A DNA stretch of 57,547 nt, taken from a virus. Taxonomy: Duplodnaviria; Caudoviricetes. Below are positions 37,901 to 45,270 of the stretch, piece after piece (position 1 is the first letter of the stretch; each line of letters begins with the position of its first letter). The notes below the pieces were generated by a model. That model saw nothing but the letters and a program-made list of their open reading frames with translations, made no database searches and had not been told where the DNA came from. A program made the position numbers and the translations under genes. The DNA lies in IMG/VR virus record IMGVR_UViG_3300003465_000006, positions 1 to 57,547 of that record; one strand, given 5' to 3'.

Positions 37901-38814
37901 CCGAGAACTTCTCAGCACTCAAAGAAGCTCGTCTGGCTGTTAAGCGTAAGGACTACGACAAAGCCCGTGTGCTTCTTGGCGGCAAGCTCGGAAAGTTTCT
38001 CGGAGACGATAAAGATGCTGAGGCACTTGCCTACGCTCTTAAGATCGTTATCAACATCGTCTATGGACTCACTAGCGCCAGATTTGAGAACCCGTTTCGA
38101 GATAACCGCAATAAAGATAACATCGTAGCCAAGCGTGGCGCCCTCTTCATGATCGACTTGAAGCACGCAGTTCAGGAGAAGGGCTTCCAGGTCGTTCACA
38201 TCAAGACCGACTCCATCAAGATCCCGGAAGCGACGCAGGAGATCATCGATTTCGTCATCGATTTCGGAAAGAAGTATGGGTACGACTTCGAACACGAGGT
38301 CACGTACAACAAGTTCTGCCTCGTGAACGATGCGGTCTATATTGCTCGATACGAGGATCGAACAGGTGCACATGAGTATAGTGACGGCGAAACATACAAG
38401 TGGGTGGCGGTCGGAGCGCAGTTCCAGCATCCGTATGTCTTCAAGACGCTGTTCAAGAAGGAAGACATCACGTTCAACGATTTCTGTGAGGCCCGAACGG
38501 TTACACAGGGAGCCATGTATCTCGATTTTTCGGGAACCGGAGAGTTCGAGAACATGGTACACGTCGGTCAAACCGGCATGTTTGTTCCAGTGATGGACGG
38601 CGGAGGGGACTTGTGGAGGGTGAAGGACGACAAGAAGTACGCTGTCGCTGGAACCAAAGGCTACAAGTGGATCACACGAGATGTTGCTGCAGATCGCAAC
38701 AAGATCGGCGAGCTTCATATCGACATAGACTATTTCGAGAAGCTGAGAGAAGCAGCAGAATCAGCGATTGCACAATTCGATTCCGCTGGTGATTTCAGAG
38801 CATTTCTTTCCTAA
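34999..38814 (+). CDS. SF3 helicase-primase-family B DNA polymerase fusion
   Basis: Walker A GPPGSGKST; AEP-like IDFD...GKGVHLHY; exonuclease FFDVE and FN...YD; PolB LDVASMHP, K...N..YG, KTDS. Confidence 0.9.
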   Translation: MDFYTIFVNEKKDGTLQIRPDWKVGRSNDLMTRGGSFYAIWDEERGLWSTDIYDVQRLVDADLDRYAKEQEAKTGLIYKVAKMESNSTKLWDEFQRFVRNSGNNSHNLDENLVFANTEVKKEDYASRRLDYSLNDGPHDAWDSIVGTLYNEEERAKIEWAIGAVVSGDSKFIQKFLVFYGPPGSGKSTILNIIQRLFDGYVSIFDARELAGSNNTFATSAFKSNPLVAIQHDGDLSRIYDNTKLNSIVAHELMTVNEKYKAPFETRSRAFLFMGTNVPVKITDAKSGILRRLIDVVPTQKTIENNTYHALMDQIDFELGAIAKHCLDRYKSMGRNYYSTYRPTVMMLQTDIFYNFVEANFDIFKAEDGITLKRAWSIYKEYCEETGIDKMLPQYKFREELKNYFDNFEERARVDGQNVRSYYSGFKRLQLSGPSTELPIKPEGIYKIELNDGPSIFDEQNPGLPAQYANKDGNPQKKWTNVTTTLSDIDTTKLHFVKVPENHIVIDFDLVDDTGEKDLELNLEQASRWPATYTELSQSGKGVHLHYIYTGDVRELASVYDVGIEVKTLLGDASLRRKLTKSNGMNITPLDGGLPKKEKSVLTDKSIKTEKGLRELIARNLRKEIHPGTKPSIDFIHKILEEAYESGMAYDVQDMRSDVLTFAAKSSNQSDYCIKMVQKMKFVGKNSMPETDGDDIPLTFFDVEVYPNLFVVCWKHQGPDATVVRMINPEPEEIEPLFGMRLVGFNNRRYDNHILYARYLGQSLEDIFHLSQKLIFSNDRNAYFGEAYNISYADIYDFSSKKQSLKKFELELGILHMELDIPWEQPVPEGMWSKVVDYCCNDVVATEAVFEDRKQDFVARQILADISGLSVNQTTQAHTAKIIFGDDRSPQRKFVYTDLSKEFPGYEFNSVRDESGKGYRNVSMYRGEEVGEGGYVYAEPGIYTNVALLDVASMHPTSIERLDLFGPYTENFSALKEARLAVKRKDYDKARVLLGGKLGKFLGDDKDAEALAYALKIVINIVYGLTSARFENPFRDNRNKDNIVAKRGALFMIDLKHAVQEKGFQVVHIKTDSIKIPEATQEIIDFVIDFGKKYGYDFEHEVTYNKFCLVNDAVYIARYEDRTGAHEYSDGETYKWVAVGAQFQHPYVFKTLFKKEDITFNDFCEARTVTQGAMYLDFSGTGEFENMVHVGQTGMFVPVMDGGGDLWRVKDDKKYAVAGTKGYKWITRDVAADRNKIGELHIDIDYFEKLREAAESAIAQFDSAGDFRAFLS

Positions 38815-38823
38815 GGAATTAAT

Positions 38824-39039
38824 ATGTTTGACATTAATGAAGAAGAGCATCTTGGAATGCACGAGGTAGAGTTCAGGGACGGTGGGATTCGAAGAATCCG
38901 AGTAAAGCAGCACGTCATCGACGGAAACGGACATCCAATCTACATCGAGGATGTAACCGGACGACTTTTCAACTATCAGAACATCGTATCCATCAGAAAG
39001 GACGGAAGTGCCGCTGGAGAAACCACTGACCGGCGCTGA
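38824..39039 (+). CDS. Hypothetical protein
   Basis: AAGGA RBS; 71 aa. Confidence 0.6.
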   Translation: MFDINEEEHLGMHEVEFRDGGIRRIRVKQHVIDGNGHPIYIEDVTGRLFNYQNIVSIRKDGSAAGETTDRR

Positions 39040-39167
39040 TTACTTCGAACGCTCATATTTGGATCTCCAGAGTCATCCCGATTTCGATCCTGAAGTCTAC
39101 GGGCTTGTGATGGGCATATCTCGGATGAATACCGATCAACTCAAGACAGTTAATTTGGAGGACAGTA

Positions 39168-39635
39168 ATGCCTGATGGTGCAAAGACTTTCATGGTCGAG
39201 GATGCGCGTCTCATCTTCCGGAACTTCTCCGGCAAGGAGAGTCAGTACAATCGAGAGGGTGATCGCAACTTTGCGGTGATCCTCGATGCCGAGACGGCCA
39301 AGATCATGGAGAAGGACGGCTGGAACGTCAAGTACCTGGATGCTCGTGAGGAGGGCGAGGAGGACACTCCGTATATCCAGGTCGCAGTCAACTTCAAGAA
39401 CCGTCCCCCTCGAGTAGTGATGATCACGTCGACCGGTCGAACACATCTGGACAACGACTCGATCGAGGTTCTCGACTGGGCCGATATTCAGACGGCAGAC
39501 CTCATTGCTCGGGGATACGACTGGGTGGTCGGTGACAAGAGCGGTACGAAGGCATATCTGCAGTCGCTGTTCGTCACCATCGAAGAAGACGAGCTCGAGC
39601 GCAAGTATGCTTTGAAGGAGCAAGATGACCGGTAA
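39168..39635 (+). CDS. Putative single-stranded DNA-binding protein
   Basis: FRNFSG..YN..G.RNF, KAYL motifs; acidic C-terminus; next to the polymerase. Confidence 0.6.
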   Translation: MPDGAKTFMVEDARLIFRNFSGKESQYNREGDRNFAVILDAETAKIMEKDGWNVKYLDAREEGEEDTPYIQVAVNFKNRPPRVVMITSTGRTHLDNDSIEVLDWADIQTADLIARGYDWVVGDKSGTKAYLQSLFVTIEEDELERKYALKEQDDR

Positions 39636-40203
39636 GGCCGTAGTCGTCTTCTCATTCGACGAGCCGGAAGACGGACTGAAATTCCCTCTCCTCGTCAAGA
39701 CGGCGAAGGAGATCTTCCAGAACGAAGAGGATGTCAAGATCCATGCTGCGGTGAAGGATGCTGCCGAGGAGATTCTTCATATTCTCACCTCTGGAAAGCA
39801 GGAGCCGAGCAATCTTGTGGAGCACGCAAGATCAGAATTGGAACGTCTTGGTAATGATGAGGACTTCAACATCGGAGTTCTCCGAGTTATTCGAGCCTTT
39901 GCGGACATGGGGCACTCCGGCGGTTCCGCCAGCTATACCGTTCCTCTGATTAACGATCTTCTCCAATGGAAGCACGTCACTCCTTTGACGGACAATCCAA
40001 GAGAGTGGAACGAGATCAAGGAAAGCGATATTTGGCAGAGCAGTCGAAACCCAGAAGCGTTTTCGAACGACGGAGGTAAGACATATTACCTTCTCTCCGA
40101 GGGCGCTACCGATTTGAAGCGAGAGCCTCTGCACGAGTCGATTCCATATTCAGAGGGGGTGGACGGTGGAGGGGAACTTCATGACGAGAGCGGAAGCGCT
40201 TGA
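39625..40203 (+). CDS. Hypothetical protein
   Basis: GHSGGSA...PLTD...EW...WQS.R...FS motif common in phage proteins. Confidence 0.75.
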   Translation: MTGKAVVVFSFDEPEDGLKFPLLVKTAKEIFQNEEDVKIHAAVKDAAEEILHILTSGKQEPSNLVEHARSELERLGNDEDFNIGVLRVIRAFADMGHSGGSASYTVPLINDLLQWKHVTPLTDNPREWNEIKESDIWQSSRNPEAFSNDGGKTYYLLSEGATDLKREPLHESIPYSEGVDGGGELHDESGSA

Positions 40204-41369
40204 GTTAGCAGAGAGTTTCGTCAACAAGGTCATCCAGGAATGCGGGCTCGAATCATATCGTAGTGGTAATCCTTTTGGCACCGGTTACACTGTGACCAAG
40301 GCCGAGCAAAAGGTTCGTCTCATTCTCGAAGTCGCAGACTGGTTGCTAGGAAAGGAGGAGATTTGATTCTTGCGTTTATTGCCGGAGCGGGCGTATTTCT
40401 GCTTGGCCTCCTGACTGGAGTAACAGTCGTCACCAGCACATACGACAGACTAAACAACAAGGATATTTGAGACGATGGAGTTTATTACTTATGTTCGTAA
40501 GCCTTTCACCGTCGAGGCGGTAGAGGTCACGGAGGAGAACATCTCGGAGATTGCCAAGTACACCGGCACTCTTCGAGAGAAGGACAACGGTCAGAAGTTC
40601 ATCCAGGTCGACCGACGTCTGGTGCCTAATGTCTTCAGGATCTATCCTGGATTCTGGATGACAAAGATGGACGACAACATTCGTTGTTATTCTCGACGTA
40701 TTTTCACGGAGCAGTTCACGGCGAACACTCCAGATATCGAAAAGTGGGTCGAGTTCATGAACAGCGACGAGTCACAGAAGAAGGTGGGCGTTGGTGGCTA
40801 ACAGTCGAGATGTCGATTACGATATTTACCAGAGACATCTAGGGATGAAGAAGCATCTCGTGGTGAAGCAGTCTCGTGTTTCGTTGTGTGGTCTACGTTT
40901 TTCCTCGCTGGTCAAGCTCGACGACAAAGCGAGGAATTTCGACAAAGATGCTGAAGCTTGCAAGAATTGTCTAAGAGCTCGTAATGCTTAACTGCAAACG
41001 ATGTAGTCATCCTTCAGACTGGCATCGCTTGGACGATTCTAAGAACGTAAGCCCAACAGATCCGATGGCTGAGTTCCGTTGTTATGGATATGACGTGACA
41101 GCTCCTGGAGAATTTCACGAAGCCGGCGAGCTTTGCGACTGTCCAGACTTTGTTCCCCAAGAGGTTCATCACAACGTCTTCGAGAAGGATTAATGTTCAT
41201 ATTCTGTGTGAACGATCATGTCTGTCGTAAAGGGACCGATGGTCCTGTTGGGGTAGTTGAGGAAGTAAACGGTAATCTGTCTGTGACCGTCCGATGGGGT
41301 TTCATGGACGGAGAAGTTGTGCGCAGTGAAGTTCTTCAGGAAGATCTGCAAATCTTCGCTGGAGTCTGA
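40181..41369 (+). other. Cluster of small hypothetical genes: 40181-40366, 40475-40801, 40791-40991, 40984-41193 (Cys-rich), 41193-41369
   Basis: Overlapping start/stop packing on the + strand. Confidence 0.65.
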
Positions 41370-41372
41370 GCA

Positions 41373-41399
41373 CGCAAGATTTACACGTGGTATAATGAG
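41373..41399 (+). promoter_or_regulatory. Phage promoter motif
   Basis: CGCAAGATTTACA-cgtgg-TATAAT-GAG. Confidence 0.8.
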
Positions 41400-41459
41400 A
41401 GAGGAAGCATAAAAGTGCACGTGGCCTCATTAGCCACACGTCCTCTCTTATTTTCTTTT
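41397..41459 (+). ncRNA. Candidate structured small RNA or leader
   Basis: Closing stem GAGAGAGGA/TCCTCTCTT enclosing GCAT-AAAA-GTGC and GTGGC-CTCATTA-GCCAC; T tract. Confidence 0.55.
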
Positions 41460-41483
41460 CCGAAAACCGACGAAGGGAATGAA

Positions 41484-41621
41484 ATGGCCGAAGAGCAGAA
41501 CAGCGAGTTTCCCGATTACAATCGAGACGAGGAGATCAAGGCGAAGCAGGAGGAGGAGCTTGCTGCCGAGCGAGACGAGCACAACCGTCGAACCGGCGGT
41601 GGCGAGTACGCCAAGAAGTAA
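41484..41621 (+). CDS. 45-aa acidic protein
   Basis: GAAGGG RBS. Confidence 0.6.
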   Translation: MAEEQNSEFPDYNRDEEIKAKQEEELAAERDEHNRRTGGGEYAKK

Positions 41622-41752
41622 AGATGCATCGGCAAGTCACGATTAATCACAAAGGCAAGGAAATCCAAGTTGACGAAGGTCTCGCAGATCTTATATTGCG
41701 CCTCCTCGACGAAGGTTTCACCACAGAGTTTTCTTGTTAAGGTATTCCAACC

Positions 41753-41962
41753 ATGATCAACATGGGTTATGTGGCGTTCGATAAAAAGAAGCTCTCGAGA
41801 GACTCTCGAATCAAGATCGAGAAACTTTTGGGGCTTGATGGACCGTTGCCGATATATGAGTGCGATGCGCGTGGTTGGCTCGGCGTAGAGCCTCCTGGTC
41901 CATATTGGGAATACTGGCCTCAAAGCAGCTGCCCGTGGATCATTCGTTTCACCGTCGTCTGA
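41753..41962 (+). CDS. Hypothetical protein
   Basis: 69-aa ORF; weak RBS. Confidence 0.45.
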   Translation: MINMGYVAFDKKKLSRDSRIKIEKLLGLDGPLPIYECDARGWLGVEPPGPYWEYWPQSSCPWIIRFTVV

Positions 41963-42385
41963 GCGACGTTAAACAGCGCTTAAGCTCAGAGCGTCAGGGC
42001 GCTAGGAAGTGTTCAATAGGCCATATTCTTACAGTCTGTACAGAAGCCGCCACTTCTGGTCAGGCCGCTCTGGATGCGTGTCCGAAACCTCAGTTGACAG
42101 GTCTTGGTAGAGACTTGTAGTGCGAGCTACCACTCGTATAGATAAGAGGCTGAACCTCCATATCGAAGCCGAGAACAAACCGCCGAGGTGAGTGGAACTC
42201 GGAGAGGAAGGACCTTGTCCGTCCACCGGGCGTTGGCTGGCATACCCAGCGAAGAAAGGGTGGAACCGCCCAGTATGCCCTTTTAAAGTAGAGAGAGCTA
42301 CCAGTTCTGGCGTGGCTGGTGCTGATAGACAGTGGGCGCCCCCTAAGGCCTTAGGAAACAATTGCCCGGCTCTTTCTACGCTCAT
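41958..42385 (+). ncRNA. Candidate ~430-nt structured RNA (strand assumed)
   Basis: No convincing ORF; many consecutive hairpins, including GTAGAGAGAGC/GCTCTTTCTAC. Confidence 0.45.
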
Positions 42386-42409
42386 TCTCAAATTAATAAA
42401 GGAGAAACG

Positions 42410-42574
42410 TTGCCCGAGGAAGATCGCAAGCCGAGCGTCTCGACACTCAAGAAGTTCTTCGAGCTGAAAGAAGGGCAGAAGCTCCAGGACTTTGCCGAAG
42501 AATTGAAGTCGCTCACCATGGAGGAGAAGCTTGCTCTCTGCGACGGCATCGAGAGCGGTTCTCTGACGTACTGA
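42410..42574 (+). CDS. 54-aa hypothetical protein
   Basis: AAAGGAG RBS before TTG. Confidence 0.7.
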   Translation: MPEEDRKPSVSTLKKFFELKEGQKLQDFAEELKSLTMEEKLALCDGIESGSLTY

Positions 42575-42767
42575 TTTTTCCTCCGAAAGGAGGCCCTCAA
42601 GCGGCTGGAGGGTAAATACAGCGAGCCCGTGCCTGCTTACCGTTTTCGGGGAACAACACGGAATATGTAAGACGGCGTAGGTTGTGGGTGACTACGAGAC
42701 TGGAACCCTCGCTATATCCTTCGTGGCTTTAATAATGTGCGGAAGTTCCGCTACGAAGGAGGCCTCT

Positions 42768-42935
42768 GTGAAAGAGGAGATCGTTGTTCTCGATTTCGGG
42801 ATCGTTGAAAGACGAATCTACGACGAGAACGGGAAGTTGGTGGAGATCCGAAAGGAATATCCACCGCAAGCAGTCAATCGGAAACGCGGTCTTGTGAAAT
42901 ACAAGACTGGAACCGCAAGCGATCCTGGAGACTGA
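42768..42935 (+). CDS. 55-aa hypothetical protein
   Basis: GAAGGAGG RBS before GTG. Confidence 0.6.
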   Translation: MKEEIVVLDFGIVERRIYDENGKLVEIRKEYPPQAVNRKRGLVKYKTGTASDPGD

Positions 42936-43047
42936 CGATTCGTGGTGGGTTGGGAGTACGCCTAGGGGTCGTTTACCGTTCGGCCGAAACTGTGTTACAG
43001 GGATAACAACCCTGGCCCACCATCTTCACGCTCTGGAAAGGAGCATA

Positions 43048-43371
43048 ATGGAAGTCGAACGAGCAGCAGAGCTTCTCAACGGTTGTGTGCGTGAGGAGCT
43101 GCAGGACCACGCCTTCGGCGATGCCGAGGTGTTCTGGAGGAAGAACGACACTCTCGTTGCAGAGGGGTATTTCAGCGGGCCATTCGCTGAAGTGGTCTTC
43201 GAGATCGGAGACGTCAAGTTCTTCGCCGACGATGCCCGCAAGCTGAGGAATTGCGGTACGATGGGCGCCGTCTCACGCAACGACTCGACCGGTCCCGACA
43301 CGTATTCCGAAGGTGAGATCATGTCAGGTCTCACGCTGGAAGGTGTTCGCAAGGAGCTGACGGGGGAATGA
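43048..43371 (+). CDS. Hypothetical protein
   Basis: AAAGGAG RBS. Confidence 0.75.
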   Translation: MEVERAAELLNGCVREELQDHAFGDAEVFWRKNDTLVAEGYFSGPFAEVVFEIGDVKFFADDARKLRNCGTMGAVSRNDSTGPDTYSEGEIMSGLTLEGVRKELTGE

Positions 43372-43673
43372 GGGAGATCTGGAAGTACGAGCTGGAGGTT
43401 GCCGACGTACAGAAGATCTGGATGACGAAGGGCGCTGAGATTCTTCACGTTGCCGGCCAAGAGAAGTCGAGTCTTTCCCAAGGCCATGCCTACTTTGGAG
43501 TCTTTCCGATGTTGTGGGCTTTGATCGATCCTGGTGCAGAGAGAGTTCAGCGACTGATCGCTGTTGTCGGCTCTGGAAACCCGGCTCCATCCGAGGAAGA
43601 TTCGGCTAAGTACGTCGGCACGGCTATCTGCGGAATGATGGTGTGGCATGTGTTCGATGGCGGAGAGTTGTAA
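43368..43673 (+). CDS. Hypothetical protein
   Basis: IWKY.L...GA.ILHV...LWAL.D...YVGT...VWHVF, a common phage small-protein pattern. Confidence 0.75.
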   Translation: MREIWKYELEVADVQKIWMTKGAEILHVAGQEKSSLSQGHAYFGVFPMLWALIDPGAERVQRLIAVVGSGNPAPSEEDSAKYVGTAICGMMVWHVFDGGEL

Positions 43674-44165
43674 AGTGGGGACAGCGGATTCCTACGTCTT
43701 CTAAGCGTGGGGAGGTGCACCGTCCGTTGACTTGGCGTACCTCACGGACTTGTTCAAACCGAGACCGTCGAGTCTAACCCACTAACTTCTGATCCTGCAC
43801 GGTACCGTGGGTGACGACAGCGTTGATGTCGTGAACGACTAACCGGCCCGTCAAGAGAGATATGGATACTGCTGGTACGGAACGGCAAGTCTGTGTCTCT
43901 TGGGCGACGAGGAGATCGGAATCGACGGAGCTGTTTTTGAACAGAGGCGGTATTGAATATAAAGCAAGTCCCATGAGTTTGTTGAAGGAGGCCTAAAACA
44001 GCCATGGCTGGTACTCGGCCTTCAACAACTCGTGGTTATTCTCATCTGGTACGTGAGAAGTGGTCAGTAGTAATCGTGGGTGGGCTCTAGAAGAGCAAAG
44101 GCCCTTTGTCATAGTGAAGTCAGGCGCCCTCCAGCCCTTGGCGAACCTGCTATGGACCACACTAA
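43674..44165 (+). ncRNA. Candidate ~490-nt structured RNA upstream of the Cas7-like gene (strand assumed)
   Basis: No credible ORF; long stems such as CCATGAGTTTGTTGAAGG/CCTTCAACAACTCGTGG and CAAGAGA/TCTCTTG. Confidence 0.5.
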
Positions 44166-44200
44166 TCTCTATGTTCCACAACATTTAAGGAGAACTGACA

Positions 44201-44800
44201 ATGTGGAATGAGTATGACCTAACTTTCGAGCTCATGGAACCGATTCTCGGAACCATCCCGAAGGATCGAAACGTCTTCGAGAACTTTATCATGGATCATG
44301 CCAAGACAGAGATGGAGAAGGAGAAGGCGGCAGAGGACATCAATCGTGTGCCAGAAGAAATCGAGGCGCGGGGGTGGACCGGATTCTACGAGGATGACGA
44401 AGGCCATCCGATCCTGATGGACTACCAGTTCAAAGGGTTCCTCAAGAATGCTGGAAACATTCTGAAGGATTCGATCGGGATCAAGAATCTGAGATCCCAT
44501 ATCAACGACACGGTTTTCGTTATGCCACGGTCAATCATGTTGGCCGAGAAGCCTGACGACGTGCTCGAGAGGCCTCTGCGTGCGATGACGATGCAGGGCC
44601 CGCGAGTCTCGGTGGTGCGATCGGACATTATCAGTCCTGGCCGCCACTACAATCTGACGATCATGGTTCTCGACAAGTCGAAGGTAACAGAGGACGCCCT
44701 TCGTTCCGTCTTGTCATATGGGGAGTTCTGCGGGCTGCTCCAGTGGCGCAACGGCGGGTACGGTCGCTTCAAGGTGGTGGAATTCAACAACAAGAAGTGA
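44201..44800 (+). CDS. Stand-alone Cas7/RAMP-superfamily-like protein
   Basis: First strand YDLTFELMEPILG; GHPILMDYQFKGFLK (compare RAMP P.IPGSSLKG.LR); C-terminal G-rich loop YGEFCGLLQWRNGGYGRFKV; AAGGAG RBS. Confidence 0.78.
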   Translation: MWNEYDLTFELMEPILGTIPKDRNVFENFIMDHAKTEMEKEKAAEDINRVPEEIEARGWTGFYEDDEGHPILMDYQFKGFLKNAGNILKDSIGIKNLRSHINDTVFVMPRSIMLAEKPDDVLERPLRAMTMQGPRVSVVRSDIISPGRHYNLTIMVLDKSKVTEDALRSVLSYGEFCGLLQWRNGGYGRFKVVEFNNKK

Positions 44801-44850
44801 TTCAAAGTCCTGGGTATGACTCTAAATCTGCCCTTTTGCTTTTTTGTGAT

Positions 44851-45243
44851 GGTATGGCGGGGTCTGATACCGCACCGTAACGGTTGTGTCAAGCGCGGTT
44901 GAGTAATGGTAACGCACAGCGGTGTAGTGTGGTGATGATGTGAGGCTATGTGCGCTTTAGTAAAGGTAAGGTGGGGTACCGTCATATCTCGTTTCGTAAC
45001 GGCATCGTGTTGAGACGTACGGTGGCGGTAACGCTAGGTCCGATAACGTAGAGGTAGGGTTGCGTAAGGTACTGACCTGTAGTGAAAGAGTATTGTTGTG
45101 TGTAGTGTTGGTAACGCACTGTTGTGTGTAGTGTTGGTAACGCGATGTACCGGTCCTGTGAGGCTGGGTGTGGTATAGGTAAAGTGGTGTACGGTATTGT
45201 TACGGTGAAGCCAAGTCCGGCGAAGTGCCGTTATGTGATGTAA
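44851..45243 (+). repeat. Pentameric NGY-NN array (76 pentamers in 14 blocks), candidate guide-RNA array
   Basis: Manual parse: 68/76 pentamers are N-G-Y-N-N; blocks separated by single extra bases; 12/14 blocks start with GGY. Confidence 0.85.
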
Positions 45244-45270
45244 AACTTCCCCCAAACAAGAATGAGGAGA

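Noticed and set aside
43689-43713. tRNA-Arg(UCU)-like anticodon loop CTTCTAA
   Set aside because: No recognisable D arm, T loop or acceptor geometry surrounds it.
44851-45243. Canonical CRISPR array next to the Cas7-like gene
   Set aside because: There are no identical 23-47 bp repeats alternating with unique spacers; conservation is at the pentamer level only.
45034-45255. Minus-strand His/Thr-rich ORFs (45034-45255, 44647-44985)
   Set aside because: Their composition is a by-product of the GT-rich periodic array; they lack an RBS, and 5-nt periodicity does not fit codon structure.
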